Assembly: GCA_036172245.1 (NCBI GenBank)
Contig: JAYWIR010000002.1
Span: forward strand, 1,054,001-1,118,000
Reading direction: 5' to 3'
Length of the DNA: 64,000 bases
DNA from: Raillietiella orientalis
Taxonomy: Eukaryota
Shown here in pieces: positions 1 through 13,500 of this stretch. The translations under genes were made by a program, and so were the position numbers. The notes beneath the pieces were generated by a model. That model was given only the letters and a program-made list of their open reading frames with translations, was not told where the DNA came from and made no database searches. Numbering within the stretch: the stretch's first letter is position 1; the number at the start of each line of letters is the position of its first letter.

Positions 1-79
1 CAACCGGCTTTGTAGAGCAGGCAGTGACGGGAAAGAAGGAGGATGGGAGGGCGAGGATGGAGGGAACACTATCAGGAGA

Positions 80-1670
80 CTACGCAGTCCATCGAGAGCT
101 TTTCAGGGAACAGGAAGGGAAATGGTGCTTATGAATGCAAGCCGTCATCGCTTCCCAGGATCTGTGCTCGTGCTCCTGCCCTCCGCCACCCAGAGACCTC
201 CCTGCGCGTCTCGTGGCCATGCCAAGGACCTCAGAAGCAAAGACACGAAGAAGGCCAATAAGGAAGTTAGCCGCTGCGGGGAGGTAGCCAGCCTTCTGTA
301 GGTGAATACGGGAGGACGGAGGACTGCTCCTGACCCCACAACGAGACTGATAGTCTGAGCCGATTGTGAATGACCGCCGAAGAGTCGGTCCGGACGCTTG
401 AGCGCGCGCGAGCACTCATCTCTCTCTCCAGTCGTAAGTGCGCACCTTTGTGTCTAGCCTTTCTCTTTTCCTTCCTTCCACCTTGGATCGAAGTGCACTA
501 TCGCTGTTTGGAACTCAGCTCGTCCCAAGTCTTCTCCATGAGGATGGGGGGAAAGGACGAAAGATGAATGGCTCGAACGGGCCTTCCTTTCGCCTCAGAG
601 CGGCTTAAACTAAGGACACACAGCTTTCTCTCTCGCTTTGTAGGCGGGGGTAACCAGGAGGATCCCGTGGGATACGAGACAAACTCCTTTTCCTCTTTCA
701 CAACGTCCCGTGAAGATGGCCTTGGGATTCGGGCTTTGGAGACAGGCCCAGGTCGCTGCAGCCACTTGGCGAAGCGCTTCGGGAGCGTCGGAATGCTAGA
801 TGAGAAGGCAGTTGGTTCGAGAAGTTTGGTCCAGAGCCAAGAGGGAGGAAAGAGGCACGGGCGAAGAGGTGCAGCGAAGAAGCATCGGGTCGCGCGCTGT
901 TTGCGGCAGCACCTCGAGATGAAATGTCTCAAGGAAGATGCCAGAGAAGTAGGGGAATGGTGTAAGCTATTCAATGATCCCTGTTTTTCTCCATAACGAG
1001 TTCCGAGGACCCGAGGCCACTTGGAAGGCAGAAGACCCTCAACGAATCGAGTGAATCGGCACTAGAAAGAAGGGAGGGTCGTGGGAAGAAAAAATCATGG
1101 CGCTCATCGAGGGAACTCCCACTCGTTCAGAACCGCTGGTCGCATCCCCAATTGAGATGTGCTGCGTCTTGCAGCACCGGTGTATCTACGACGGTAAGTC
1201 AGACGGTTCCGGTTTCCTACGCTTGGAGGAGGTAGAATCCGAAGCTGACTTTTTCAGGCAGCTCCAGGAATCAGTCCTCCACCTCCTTTTGCAACTCAAA
1301 AATCAGAGAATACGAGGCATAGGCGATTAGTTGAAGCGAATTGCGTTGCGCGGGTGGGAACCAAGATGAGAGGAGGGAGGGAAAGGGATCTGGAAGTCCT
1401 CTTCAACAGGGAACAGTGACTGGAGGAAGTCTCACAGAAGCAGCTTGGAGTGCAGCCAACGGACTGGAGGGTCAGCTGGAAATTTTTGGATGCTTCCTTA
1501 GAAATGAGGGAGGGAGGAATGCATCTCTCGGTAGGGATAGAGTGCCTCAGTGGATCTCCGACCAACTTCGGAAGAACAAAGCTCCAGAGGACGTTGTGAA
1601 GATCTTGTGCGACCACCAGATTGTTTCTGGTACGATGCGTTCCCGGTGGCTGTGAGCAGGTCTCTGAGGA
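80..1670 (-). mobile_element. Decayed DIRS-like retrotransposon fragment (RH-MT-YR N-terminus), probably continuing off the left edge
   Basis: Minus strand, in order: SADSLDSLR (~1030-1050, like RH-end AD.LSR); CLFPPSWLWTKLL...PKRFAKW (ORF 498-974, like MT Y.FPP..l.kvL..P.W); RRSFTIGSDYQSR and PAAANFLIGL (ORF 80-415, like YR R.ST..Yqs.W and vadFL..L). Confidence 0.6.
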
Positions 1671-2779
1671 CAAGAAATGGTGACGAGGATTTCAGCCAGA
1701 CGCGTCTTCTCTCTCTCTCTCTTTTTTTTTTTTTTTACTTTTTCACTCGGGGACGGTGAATGAGCCCAGCTTGCGGTTTCTGGCAACGACCGGCCGCTCT
1801 CAGCTCCCCCTCCCGACACCGAGATGCTGCGCGATCGCACGCATAAATCCGGCTCCGAAGATGAGAGGACTTGGCTCGGAAACTTGAGCTACCTCCGAAA
1901 AGCACTCGTGTTCTTTCTCAATTTTCAGAGAGAGCTCGTCCTTCGGAAGAGTCGTCCTGGTAGTCTCTGAGGAAGGCGCGTTCCCCGGGAAATGGAGGGG
2001 GGGGAGGAACTCAACTTGGGACAGAAATATCCTCCTCCTTCTCCTTCTGGTCATCGTGTGGGTTTCCTAACAACAACCATCTTCACCTTAATCTAATGGA
2101 AGAATCGTTCACAACTCGATCCCTTTTTCCTTTCTGCTTTCAAGGGAAACAAGTTAGTTGAGCTGCCTCCCTGATGTCTTCCGTGACTACGGCCAGTCGG
2201 CAGGTGGCGTGCAGCGCTAGTGTGTGGGTGCGTCTGCGTCTTGATGTTCTCGCACGTCCGTACTCAACTCACCTTGCCTCATGTCTTCGGTTAGAGGGCG
2301 AGCATTTTTAGCATCACTTCGTTGCGTCTACTACAACCTGACCCCTAACGCAGCTCCTTTGTTTCGAAAGCAGGACTCAGTGGAAGCAGAGACTTCCCTT
2401 AGTATTTTACGAACGCAAGTCGATCTTCTGGTCCTTGCTTCTTGTGGTGGTTCCCTTTTCATCCTCTTCAGTCTTCATTTGTTCCGTTCTCAGATGCCCT
2501 GAGAGGGGGAGGACGCGCGCTCGCGCCTTTACGATTCCGGCAGATCCGCGCGTGATATGGCCTCCTCCTATCTCTGCTCCAGGATGCGCTTCTGCGTCTT
2601 CTCCGAGCATACTCAGAGAGCGGCCCGGAGACGAGCTTTCGCTTTCAGTAGATTACGATCTGAGAGGTGGCCACCTTCCCAAGATGCATCCGGTGCCTCT
2701 CCACCGTCTTTCTTGATCACCGTCCCATATGGTGGTGAGCCACTCTGGAGGCCTCACTCCACTCTGCCTCGTTGCGCGC

Positions 2780-4790
2780 ACCCGAAAGAAGGCGGAGCCA
2801 CCTTGCCCAGGGAGTCGCGGGGGTGGTTGAAGCACTGGGGCATTGCGCCTGTGGAAAGAAGGGAAGGAGGGAATCCTCGATCCTCACAGACATCAGAATA
2901 CCAGCTGTTGGCTCTCAAGACACCCCACCATTTGGTGCTCCCGAGAAACCCGAGGTCCTTGACGACTTCGGGTCCTACGAGTAGCAATAGTCTGCAGTAC
3001 AGGGTCGGATCGGGTCCCGAGATCTCTTAACTCGCGCATCTTGGAACCAACGTCTGCCCTAGAACCCCTCCCTTCGTGCTGCTGCTTCCCAATGAACGGC
3101 AAGCGAACTTTCCAGACATTCTGTTTTTACGGAAAGAGCACTTTCCAGAAGTCCTCTTCAAGGTCATTGACAAACACCTTTTCCTGTGTACGAGACTTTG
3201 GTTTTCATTGAAACGTCCATCTAGCCCCCGAAGACTACGTACCTATACTCGAGCAGTGCTAAATTTATAGCCATGACCCAGCGTCCGCCTTTGGAGTTTG
3301 AAAAGCATTGGTTTCGCACTGAATTCGCAAAAGCTCATTCGCATCGTTGTGTGTCCATCTTCACCGCCTCAGCAGCGTGTGTCATCTGACTCCTCTCAGT
3401 AGCAAATAAATTCTCATCTCCTTTTTTTGTTTTCTTTTCGTTTTTTTTTTTTTTTTTTCTGTTGTGCAGATCATTCCATCGGCCTTGAAGCTTCGTCTTC
3501 GTCCGAAAAACAAGACGGATCTGAACTTTTAGCTGTTGGCAAGATTGAGATTCACGCTGCCCCTGCAAAGGTGGAAGAGGCATCGCGTCTGTCTCGAGTG
3601 ATGTGTGTATGGGTATGAAGCACCGCCCTGTCTCATGAGAGCCGGTGTACATCGTATACAGTGTGGCTCGTGGCTCCATCTCTGCCAAGTCACAGGAATT
3701 ATCGCTGTTGCTCCACCCGGTCAAATTTGGTATTTGATCCTAAAATTTCAGAATTGCGCACCCACGCTATCAGAGAGAGAAGGGGAAAAAAAGGGTAGAG
3801 AAGGGGGGAATGCGGAAAGAAGAAGAGGATAGTTTCCTGCTATCTTATTCTCTTCGACTCATTCCGAGGCTTCAAACTATGAGCGGTGAGCGACCCATCC
3901 GGTGTTCCTCGAACGTATTCAGGAAACTCTGCGTGTTCCTCTTGAATGCTGTAAACAATGCTGGAGAAAGGAACCTCGAGAAAGGCCCGACTTGCTGGCA
4001 GATGCCCTCTGCATCCGCACACGATGCGTACACACATAACGATGTTAGCGCCTGATAAAACGGCCGCGGATGCTGGCAGAATTTGTAATCATCGTGAGAT
4101 CGAGCGGAAACGATGGCGAACCCCTTGGAGGGTGATACAATCGATTGTGTTTCAGAGTGAGGGTTCGTGTGCCCAGTGCTGGGAGGTACAGATCTTTCAA
4201 AAGGAGCTGCAGCAACGGTCACCGCAGATCATGGGAAAGGAAGGTGCTCCCAACAACAGAAACAGGGTTGCCGTGGTGAAGAAACATTCGCGCGAAGGAA
4301 TGGAAAATTGAATCACTGATCTCCCGAAACTATCGCAAAAGATGCAGCACTGTTTCTTCCTGCCGAGTGATGTCTAAGGAAAGCATCGCTTTGAAGATGA
4401 AGAGCGCTAGCTTCGTCTCCGTGGGTGGAGCAAAGGAAGCCACGAGGACCGGACGATGCTTGTCAGCACGAGACGTGAAAATTCGATGGGAAAGTTTGCG
4501 TATTTCGGAAACGCGCCACAGGGATTGGCGAACACTGATCGTGTGCTTAAGAAGCACGGGAGCTGTGCGTCTGGAAAACACATCACCGTTGCGCCCGTGA
4601 TTATCGAATCACGGACACCAAAGCTGTGGTTTCTTGTGCTCCAGGCGGTTGGAGGCGTGCGTGTCAGATCTTCTGTGACTTCCTTCCTCAGGAGCGCGCA
4701 CAAAGCGAAATTAATTAGAAAGAGGCAGCGGATGCATGGCAACCATCAAACTAAAATTTGGATCCATCAGTTATTGCTCTTTTGTTGATG
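2780..4790 (+). mobile_element. Decayed DIRS-like pol fragment (RT-RH-MT)
   Basis: GGATLPRESRGWLKHWG (pol start GGrL..f..W); DILFLRKE..FKVID (ORF 3076); LHLCQVTGII..PPGQIWYL (ORF 3605, like LG..iN.eKS.l.P.q..yLG); SEGSCAQCWEV (ORF 3958, like tDAS..GWG); DRVLKK..ITVAP..KLWFLVL..MHGNHQTKIWIH (ORF 4456, MT). All colinear. Confidence 0.7.
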
Positions 4791-5099
4791 GAGACATTGT
4801 CCATTCGTCGGTTGCGACACGAAAATCATCGGAGCCATAGATGGGGACACCTGTTTTCTGTCTCGAGCATCGCCGGCGCCATAAACGAGACCTCGCCTTC
4901 CCAGAAGACTCGGGGAAAAAAAAAAGAAAAAACTCCCTGCAAGAAAATGATTCTCTTCCCACGCGGCTGCATCCGATTTCTTCGAGAGCGCTCCTCTTCC
5001 CAAACAGGAAGGACAAAAAAAAGGAAAAAAAAACTCGACTTATTCATCTAATGCCATGGATCCGAAAGGATTCCTTCTTCTCCTTGTTCTCTCCATTGA

Positions 5100-5830
5100 A
5101 AATCGAATGCATCCTTTATTCATAAAGATTAATAAAAGCATCCTGGACTCGGCAACGCATCTCCAGATATACGTTCCTCTCTGCTTGATTCGATTAGTCA
5201 GTGAATCCTGCTTCCCAGACAAGCATTAAGCTGAGCTGGAAAATCTATCATCCCAAGGAACATTTTTCTTGTATTACGGGGGAGCTTATAATGACATAAT
5301 AGCAGCCGGTCGCTCGTCGAGGAGAAGGGTCCATGACCGTGCCCTCCTCATCAAAGGCTGCGGGATGGGGAAAGGAAAGAGAGACGTTCCGTCCCGGAAC
5401 AGAGGAAGGAAAGCTGCCCTGACGATTCCTTCCTGTTCCTCTTCTCGAGGCGGATGGAAGTTCCACCTTCTCGTCCTCCTTCCGCAGCTGTCGAACGGAA
5501 TCCGAGAGTCGAGGAAAAACTCCCAAGTCCTTCTCCTCCCCCACAAAGTGCCTTTCCGTGGTCGCCAAGATGACTGCGTAATAAATTCTTGGACTCTCGA
5601 AGAGGAGGATGCGAGGCGGTTCATCATGAGTTTTGTGGGGGGGGAAGGGAAGGAAACTTCACAGCAATGTTGCTGCTGCGCCTCCCTATTGAGGAACTCG
5701 CGTCTTGTGCTCCGTACCCAGGGGTAGACGCGTGATCCATCTGATGCAGCAGGGAGGAGGGAAAAAAAAAAAATGCACACTCTTGCAGATCGATTAGACA
5801 AATAGGAAAACAGTCCATCAATCACTGAAA
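5100..5830 (-). mobile_element. Possible gag-like C-terminus of a DIRS-like element
   Basis: STRREFL followed by a basic S/R/G-rich tail in ORFs 5286-5825 and 5248-5568. Only a weak resemblance; context is the main support. Confidence 0.25.
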
Positions 5831-6524
5831 GATGTCAGGCGGTGCTTAGGCTGCCGCGCAAAGGGAGCACGGCGCGCCTCAAATCCTTGCCGTTTCCCTT
5901 TTATCCTTCCTGTTTAATGCGATCGATTAGTGAAGAGATCCGATATGCCTCTGCCCCTGGGGTGATCTCGAGGAAGCCGCGGAGGAGCTCCGGAGGTCTT
6001 TCGGTGAACGAAAAGCGACCACCGGCGACTCGAAAGGGAAGTGACTCGACCGGAAGCTGCTGCACGAAAGGAGCCCATCCCTCTTCCTCGAACCTCCTCC
6101 TCCTCCTCTCTTTGTCTCCCGAAAAGTGCCCTTTGTTGAGAAACGGAGCGCCCCCTGTCCGTTTTGCGAGCACGCATTCCCTCCCCGAGGAGCTGGACCC
6201 GAATTGGGGACCCAAAGATAGGGAGGCGATCCTCGAGTCTTCTCGCTCTTGTTGCTTGCACGGGAAGGACAAACAAGCTTATCTCCACGTCGATCGACTG
6301 ACGGCCATTGTCCGGAAATTCATTAATTGTGAGAGGGAAGCGACCCGAACGAGGTGGGCCAACCGCTCGGCCGATCGCTGGAGGAGATGGCGATGTCCAG
6401 ACAGAAGCAGCAGGCGTTGACGCGCGCGAGGAGCTCGCTATTAAAAGCTCAAGTGATGCGGAAGCAGCTCCGACCGACTGATGTACTCAGCAGAGATGCG
6501 AGCGCGTCCACGTGCACGTCTTCT

Positions 6525-6595
6525 TGTGTGTGTGTGCGTGGGTGGGTGGGTGAATGTGGGTGTGTTTATGTGTGCGTGCGTGCGTGCGTGCGTGC
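6525..6595. repeat. Compound microsatellite (TG)n/(GGGT)n/(TGCG)n
   Basis: Directly visible: tgtgtgtgtgtgcgtgggtgggtggg...gtgcgtgcgtgcgtgcgtgcgtgc. Confidence 0.95.
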
Positions 6596-7189
6596 CTGAG
6601 TGCACGGCGAGCTTTCGAGGCCGTAGCGAGCGTACGCGTGCGCGCGCGCGATCGAGAGAGGCTGCCGTCACAGACACTGTCATGTGCGAAAGCGCTGTGC
6701 GTCGATCCCTGAAGGCGCGCGTTAGGCGGCCAAGACTTGTGCGATGTGCCAGCCTGTGCACCGTTGCTCAGCGACAGGGACAGCGGAAGCATTGCAGATG
6801 GAGTCGCTTCCAAAAGTCTCTGAGATCGCGATGAGGCCCGTCGTCTTCCACGGACAGCGGCGAAGCGGGCACAAACATCTTCTTCCCTCGCACGCGCTTT
6901 GTTCTCCTTGACAATTACTTCGGAGCCCGAAGCGCCTCGAGTTGTGTTGGTGACGCTCTTCTCTTGTCAGCTGGCCGTCCTTGAATCAACGTCTTGAAAG
7001 ACGGAAATCGGAAAATTCACTCCCTCGGATCTGTCTCGAATGAGCGGTTTTCTGCCTCCTCCCCTGATGCTTCCCCATCCTACCTCGCTCTCCTCTTTCG
7101 TCTCCTTTGGCGGGTGTCGACACGGTCCACACTTATCCTGAGTTGACGGGACGCTCCCAAAGAAGAGCCATCTGGGTCTCGGGGAGCGA

Positions 7190-10100
7190 CCGCTAACGGT
7201 GCAGGGAGAGCTCCGAACCAGTGGCGGCATTTCTTTGCTGCCTCCGTTCCTCTTGCAGCCCGCTTTCAGATCTTTGGACGTTCCCAGACTCGGAAAGCCG
7301 GGAGACGAGGCGGTGCTGACCTTCCGTGCACACGAGACGAAAGACCTGACGACCGAAGCAGGGAGACATTTTCTCTTGCCTGATAAGGAGGAGGATCAAA
7401 GCTCTAATCTACTGAATCCCTCTTAAATCTTTCCGCGATCCACCGGTTCTACTCTGAGGGCTCTTCGGAGAGATTTGCTTCGAGTCTCTTGGCTTTCGGG
7501 GAGGAATTTTTTTCCTTCTTCTTCTTTTCCTGGAAGCGCACACGCATCAGGATGAACACCTCAGAACGAGAAGTATTTTCTTCGTCTTCTTCGAGGGTGA
7601 AAGGAGCATAGTCGCAACTGGCGATGCCACCTAAAGGCGCTTGTTTATCCCATGCAGATCTTCCGTGGGCCACAACCCGCGCGATTTGCAGACCGTCCCG
7701 AAATCTTGCAGGGTCTCACGCATAGCACACGAAGATGAAACGACCCAGCTTGCGTCTTCCCTTTCTTACCGGCTGATCTTGATAAATCTTGCGTTTCTTT
7801 GCATTACTGTCTGCTGGAGCTTGCTCCTTTATGACCATGCATTAATCCTTTGAAGGCAATTGCATTCTGTTTGCTACTCCTTGGACGAGAAATCCCTTGG
7901 AAAAGTGCTTGACATTTTAATTCAATTTGATTGATTTGCTTAAATCTATCCTCGGGTATTTTTATCGTGAGGAGCCAGAGCATCGGTCGCGCAGCATCGC
8001 CCCTCAGGGGTAAGACCAGTCCCGTCCCGAACAATCACACGTTGCTCGGAAAGGAGAAAATCTCGAAATTTTGCGGATGAGAGCGAAATGGGGCTGCGAT
8101 CTCTGGCATGCGAGTGACCCATTTTCCGGAGCAAGCTCTGTTCTCTCCTCTGGCATCGCATCATCCCCTGCAGAATGGTTTTAGCGTTTCCTGAGATATG
8201 AACGCTGCCTGGCCGAGGATGCGATGAGCTGAAGCACGGGCAGCGTCTTCTTGGTCGTGCTTTTTGGGAATACTTCGCTGAAGAAACTTTCGAGCAGAGT
8301 CTCTGGATGTTCGGGCGGAAACTTTCGATTTCGTTTCGAGATGCAGAACGACTTCCTTCCGAACGATTTCCTTCTTTCCTCCGTACCATCCTAGCATGGG
8401 TCTTTTTTTTTTATATTTTGCTCTCCATCAGATATCACATGGGATCACATATTCGTTATGAATTTCCTGCTGCTGATGTCATCCTTCCAGTGGATAATGC
8501 AGCCAAGTTGTGAGATGAGAGATAAACATGGAATTTTTCAATCAGCATCCAGCAAGTCTCGATGTCAGCGTCATTAAGCCTGATGTTTTCCAACTTTTTC
8601 CGAACTGGTAAGTTTCACGTCGAATGATGTTAAGGGGAAGTGTAAATCAGAATGTAGCCGTAGCCGCTGATTTATAACAGCAGCCTTCTATTTACTAAGA
8701 CTGATGGATTGCACGCCAGCTCCGAGAAGCGAGCTTATTAATCACATGATAACCATGATGAATGCGTTCTTCTGGGCAGATATGTGATCAGGTCGATTTT
8801 CCAGCGAATTCGTAAATTCCGACCGATGGACGCGTTCGTTCGATTCCCTGCACTCGCTCGGACCCTCTTGGACGACCAGGAGGGTCCACGTAGCAGAGGC
8901 ACACTTCCCTTCTCCGCTCCCGATGTCGCTTCGACGGTCACGTGGCAGAGAAGAGAAGGCCCGAGGATCATGTTGTGTGCATTAGTCCGGAATCGCGTAT
9001 GACAAATCATTGGCGTTGCGCAGCTCGGCGAAAGCGCTGTCACCATGTCAGAACATGTGCGACTCCAAAGAGCAGTGGTCCCGAGTTGCCTTCCGATTGC
9101 GATGGGCGTCGTCTCCTGATATGGCGAAGGACCGAAAAATCATGAGCCTTCCACCGCTCTGACGACCACGGCGAATTCATCGAATTCTTTCGGAGCCGGG
9201 AAAGGGAATCGCAAATCCCCATCGGATCGGAAATGAGGACCTGGGAAACCATCGCCTCTGGCGATTGCATCCCAGTGCGAAGCGGCGTTGGCCTGGTGAC
9301 GCAGGGAGCAGCCGCAGTATCGAGATTGCTGATCCGTGAAGTCCAGCTTGCAACACAACTGCGATTCCGAAATTCCGAGATGAGAGCGCTTTTTGCAGTC
9401 ACGGTGGTTGAGGATGTAGGGATATCACGTATCTGCGGACTCCGAGATGAGCGTCCGTCCTGCTCCACGGCCAACTTCAACAACGACATCACTGGCACTG
9501 TTTTCCTCATCGCAATTTCCGAATACACTTCTTCAAGACGCATCGGCAAATGCCTGTGAAGAACGTCGTGCGCGCCTTTCTTCCGGGTTTGATGAATTCC
9601 AGGCGCAAAAGTCTCAGGCTCTCTCATTTTTATTCCCGAAGACTCAAAAGTGATTCCCTTTCTGATTTGAGAATTCGAGCGATGATTCAAATGGTTGCTC
9701 GGCGACAAAGGCTACAGATTGGATTCAGCTACTAGAGAAACTCACTTTCGTTCTTCGGTTTCATGGCATTAGTTGCTTTGTGACTGGAGGGATAGACGCA
9801 CATTTGAAAAAGTCCCTGCTATCCCGTTTTCATATCATCTGAATCAGTGATTCCTTTTTCTATTTGGGTCCCCCTCCTTCCTTCCTCCCACACACACATC
9901 CACGCGCACACAAATCTGATCTTATGCATCGTTTCCTCATTCTCACGTGCTTGCATAAATCGCTCAAAGCGCACTCACCATGTGCACACCTCTCCGTGCA
10001 CCGTTCAGCTTTCTGCTTTATTTCAGATCGCCTCTAGTGCTTCCCAGAAAGAGAGCAAGGGGCGAAATCTCTCGTCTTACTTTCACCAGAGCTTTCGGAG

Positions 10101-10450
10101 TCCGGTTGGCCAAGCACAGCTGACCGAAAGGAAACGAGGACCGCTACGCGGCAAAGGTCTCCTGCAGCGGAACCGCTCTAGGCAGAAGCGTTGCGGCCTT
10201 TGCTGGAAGCAAGGCAATCTTCATGTGAGCTGACTTCCTTCGTTGCTTTGGCTCGCCCATCGGGCATTGCGAAATGGAAGCACATGGACAGTGTACGAAG
10301 AGAGGAGGTGCACACCAAGGTGCACGTGAGCTCTGGAGCGCACTCATTCAGTGCTCCGATTGCGGAAAGCTCCAAGAGGAAGGTCTGCTTGAGTCACAAA
10401 GCAGAGACGGATGCAGAACGCGTACGTCAAACATTTTCGGATGATGGATG
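7190..10450 (+). mobile_element. Decayed DIRS-like retrotransposon, RT-RH-MT-YR all traceable
   Basis: RT: KYFLR (7571) / FFEGE (7587) and LLLGREIPWKS (7874-7906). RH: SFRDAE..VILPVDN (ORF 8307). MT: DAFVRFPALARTL..SAPDVASTVTW (ORF 8784). YR: TGTVFLIAISEYTSSRRIG (ORF 9233, like KTVFLLALASARRVSE) and SGIAKW..GAHSFSA..QTF (ORF 10191, catalytic C-terminal region). Confidence 0.75.
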
Positions 10451-11479
10451 AAAGCTTGACCAGAAATATCGGGATCACTGAAAGAGTTGCCTTCGATGCT
10501 GATTGGTGTTTTTTGCTGACATCAAGGATTTAGGTGAGGCGCTCAGGATTCATTCGAAGCAGGTTTCAACTTGGCGGAATCCTGGCAACCAGACTGAATC
10601 TATAATTTCTAAATTGGCAAGCAATCGGATTGAAAACGATGAGCTCCGAAACTAATTTTCACTTGTGTGCTCATATTGTCAAAGGCAAATGGCGAATGGA
10701 TAATCACTATGGATGAGAAGTATACGAGAAAAAAAATAGACTGATTGCAAGACACATTACCATCGCTAAATGACCAAAAACATCCAAGGGGTCTGACGGC
10801 TGTGACGCAGCAATACAACGATTATGCCGTCCGCATGTAAGCGCGTCCTTCTCATTTCCACCTCTCCTTCCCAGTTCATCACGCTTTCAAGTTCCTCTGT
10901 AAACAGCTTCTTTCCTTTCGAATTCCTCCTCAGAGAACCTAAAAGAGCGAAGCGGCAATCTCTGCTGCATCCACACCTAGAGAAAGGAAGCTCCATTTTG
11001 ATTCATTGCAACCCTAAAAGAAGCTCAAAGGCATAAATCTGTAGCCAATTCGTCTCACCAAGTGTCTTCCTTTCAAGAGAAGCTCCAGTCAGGAGACTGG
11101 ACTGCCTGGGTTTCTGTCATTTTGAAATTCCAAAGAAGCTGAAAGAAGATGCTTTCATGCCTCTTTTGCTGCTTCTTAAGGAAAAATTAATACTGGGTCC
11201 CTGCTCTGTGGTCAGCCTTTCCCCATCAGGGGAGGAAGGAAAACAGCATTGTAACAGAGAGATAATGAGCTATGAGAGCCGTATCTTAGGACACGCCTTA
11301 ATGATTCATATCTTGAATATTATGCAGATATGCTAGCTTGGATTCCCTTTATCAAAGGACGGTTTGCTCCTAGATTTTTGTTTCTTATATTTCCTTTTTA
11401 ATTCCTTAGTACGTGAGATGCGTATACATGTGTGTGCTTCATTCTGATTGGTTGCAATTTATTGTGCCTGAAAACAAAC

Positions 11480-12450
11480 AAACTCGGTTCAAATCCCAGG
11501 CGGTCTTCCGTCTTCACTTACTACCAATCAATCCCCTCCCACTTGTCTAAGCCACAAGTCCGTGGCGTTCGGCTAAGGGGCGCAGCATGCTTTTGTTCAC
11601 AACGCAATTGCGTCCTCGAGAGTGAAGAACTGTCTCCTCTCTCGGAGATCAGCGTGGCTGAACAGCAAATCAAAGCTTCTCTTCTGCTCCATCGGCACTG
11701 GGAAATCCAGTCAGGCGTTCACTCGTCGTTGATTCCTCTGTAAACAATCCGAGATCATCTCTCTCTTGAACCCAGCCTACTCCTCCGAATTTGGAATGCC
11801 AAGATGCCTGCAGCCCACAAATAAATGCCCAGAGCGCTTTCCGCAAGCGCTTCCGAAGAATCACTTCACTCTCGGAATAACGAAAGCCGAGGCTGTGGCG
11901 TCTGCATGCGGAAACCGTTTCGTTGGAATCTCCTTCGGTTCTTTGATTTCGATCCTTTCGAGTAGCTTCCCGACATGAGGACGTTCGGTCTCGTGCAGTC
12001 GATGACGAAAGTGATCTGGGATCAAGTGTTCAGCCCACTTTTCTAAGACATCGATTGGTGTGACACCTTCAAACCCTTCCCCAAACTGGTGTACCCAAGT
12101 GTAGATGCCTGTGCACTGCTGTATTCAGGAATGACAAAGGAGTGGGGAAAGAGGACGACGAAGAAATCACTGTACGTCTCCAGTCACTGAGTCACCCTCA
12201 AGTGTGCTTCCTTGTGAGCAAGAATACTTTGGGAACGGACTTTTGTTTTTTGTCGTTTCGTCTTTCGCGAATCGAGCTTGCTTCCTGTAGACTCTGGCGC
12301 TCATCACAGACATCACAGGATTTCTTGGACCCATCCATATCCCACATAAGCATTGTTTGGTTCCCGAAATTTGATTCCGACAGAGATCAGAACCGAAAGT
12401 CACGAAAGGCACACTGTCCTTGACCGAAGAGAGAGACTTCAACGGGACTT
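11480..12450 (+). mobile_element. Decayed DIRS-like tyrosine recombinase fragment
   Basis: RRSSVFTYYQS..FCSQRN (ORF 11432, YR N-terminus); CALLYSGMTK (~12110, like AL..Yl.rT); VSKNT (ORF 12142, like VSKNTIS.W). Confidence 0.6.
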
Positions 12451-12819
12451 TTTGGCAGGAAGCGCGTTCGTGTTCTCCTTCCCGAGTCGGTTGGAGTCTT
12501 TCTTCTGGACGCACAGCAGCACTGGAGACAACAGCAAGAAGAGATGGGCATTCCGCACATTTTACATGCTCACTGGGAGATCACTGAACGCATGCATGCT
12601 TCTTTTTCTTTTCTTCTAAATTGAAATCGTGCACGCAGATGACTCCAGAATGTGCAATAAGTGCATCAAGAAACACAGCAAAGGAATCTCATCCAGGAAA
12701 CGGAAGTCTGTTGATATCCTGGAAAGAAAATCCACATTGCTACCCGCAGCTGAGCATGGAAAATTTTTCTCTGCATGGAAGCAAGAGTGAAAGATCGGCG
12801 CTCTTGTTGCGCCTCATCC

Positions 12820-13500
12820 AGAGATGAGGTCCAAATTCCACTTTATTCTTCGATGTGTTGTCACACACAGGCAGCGATTCCTGTGGCTGCTGTGGCTACA
12901 TCTATACCGAAGGGTCCTAGAAACGCCGAGGTCTCGAATTCGGGAAATGGCTCCACGAATCGACAGGAGACTTTCTGATGCTTTCCACTACGCCCTGCTG
13001 ACTGCTACGTGCTCACCAAATGGCATGCTGCGAGCACCATTCATCTTTCGCTTAGGCGTGTATATCCTTCATTTTGCCGTTTCGCGCACTGATTTTGCCC
13101 AGTTCTTACTCTTCCTGACTTCCACTGAGCGGAAGTCTGGGAGGGAGAACTTCATTCTAAGCACACGAAGCATACGTAGGGGTTTGTCAACGAAAGGGTG
13201 CAGGAATCCATTTGGAGGGTGGGTTCCCCGCACCAGATCCTATGAACTGCCTTCTCCGCAGAGATGTAGTCAGCGCTGCAGACCGACCGACACGGGCAAC
13301 GCCACGCAGCATCTCTGATTATCATCGAAGTTTCCCTTCGAACTGCGTCTGACTGATCGCAGGACCTGCTAATAGTGCCACCAACGTGGCAATACGAATT
13401 TGTTGGTGCTCGGTGTCACCATGGACGAACTCGAAACGAGCTTTTTTGCCTTTTACAACGTGCATCCTTTTCCCGATTTGATTTTAGGAAAGAAATTGGA
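12820..13500 (+). mobile_element. Decayed DIRS-like YR N-terminal half
   Basis: TDFAQFLLFLTSTERKS (ORF 12824, like vadFL.fL..e+kls); TNLLVLGVTMDEL (~13394-13432, like Kt.fLlalas.Rv.EL). Confidence 0.55.

Noticed and set aside
9040-9708. 222-aa minus-strand ORF
   Set aside because: It is the antisense shadow of the plus-strand YR relic and has no motifs of its own.
11483-11500. tRNA T-loop / B-box-like ggttcaaatccc
   Set aside because: The T-stem is imperfect, there is no D arm, anticodon arm or acceptor stem, and it lies at the start of a YR relic.
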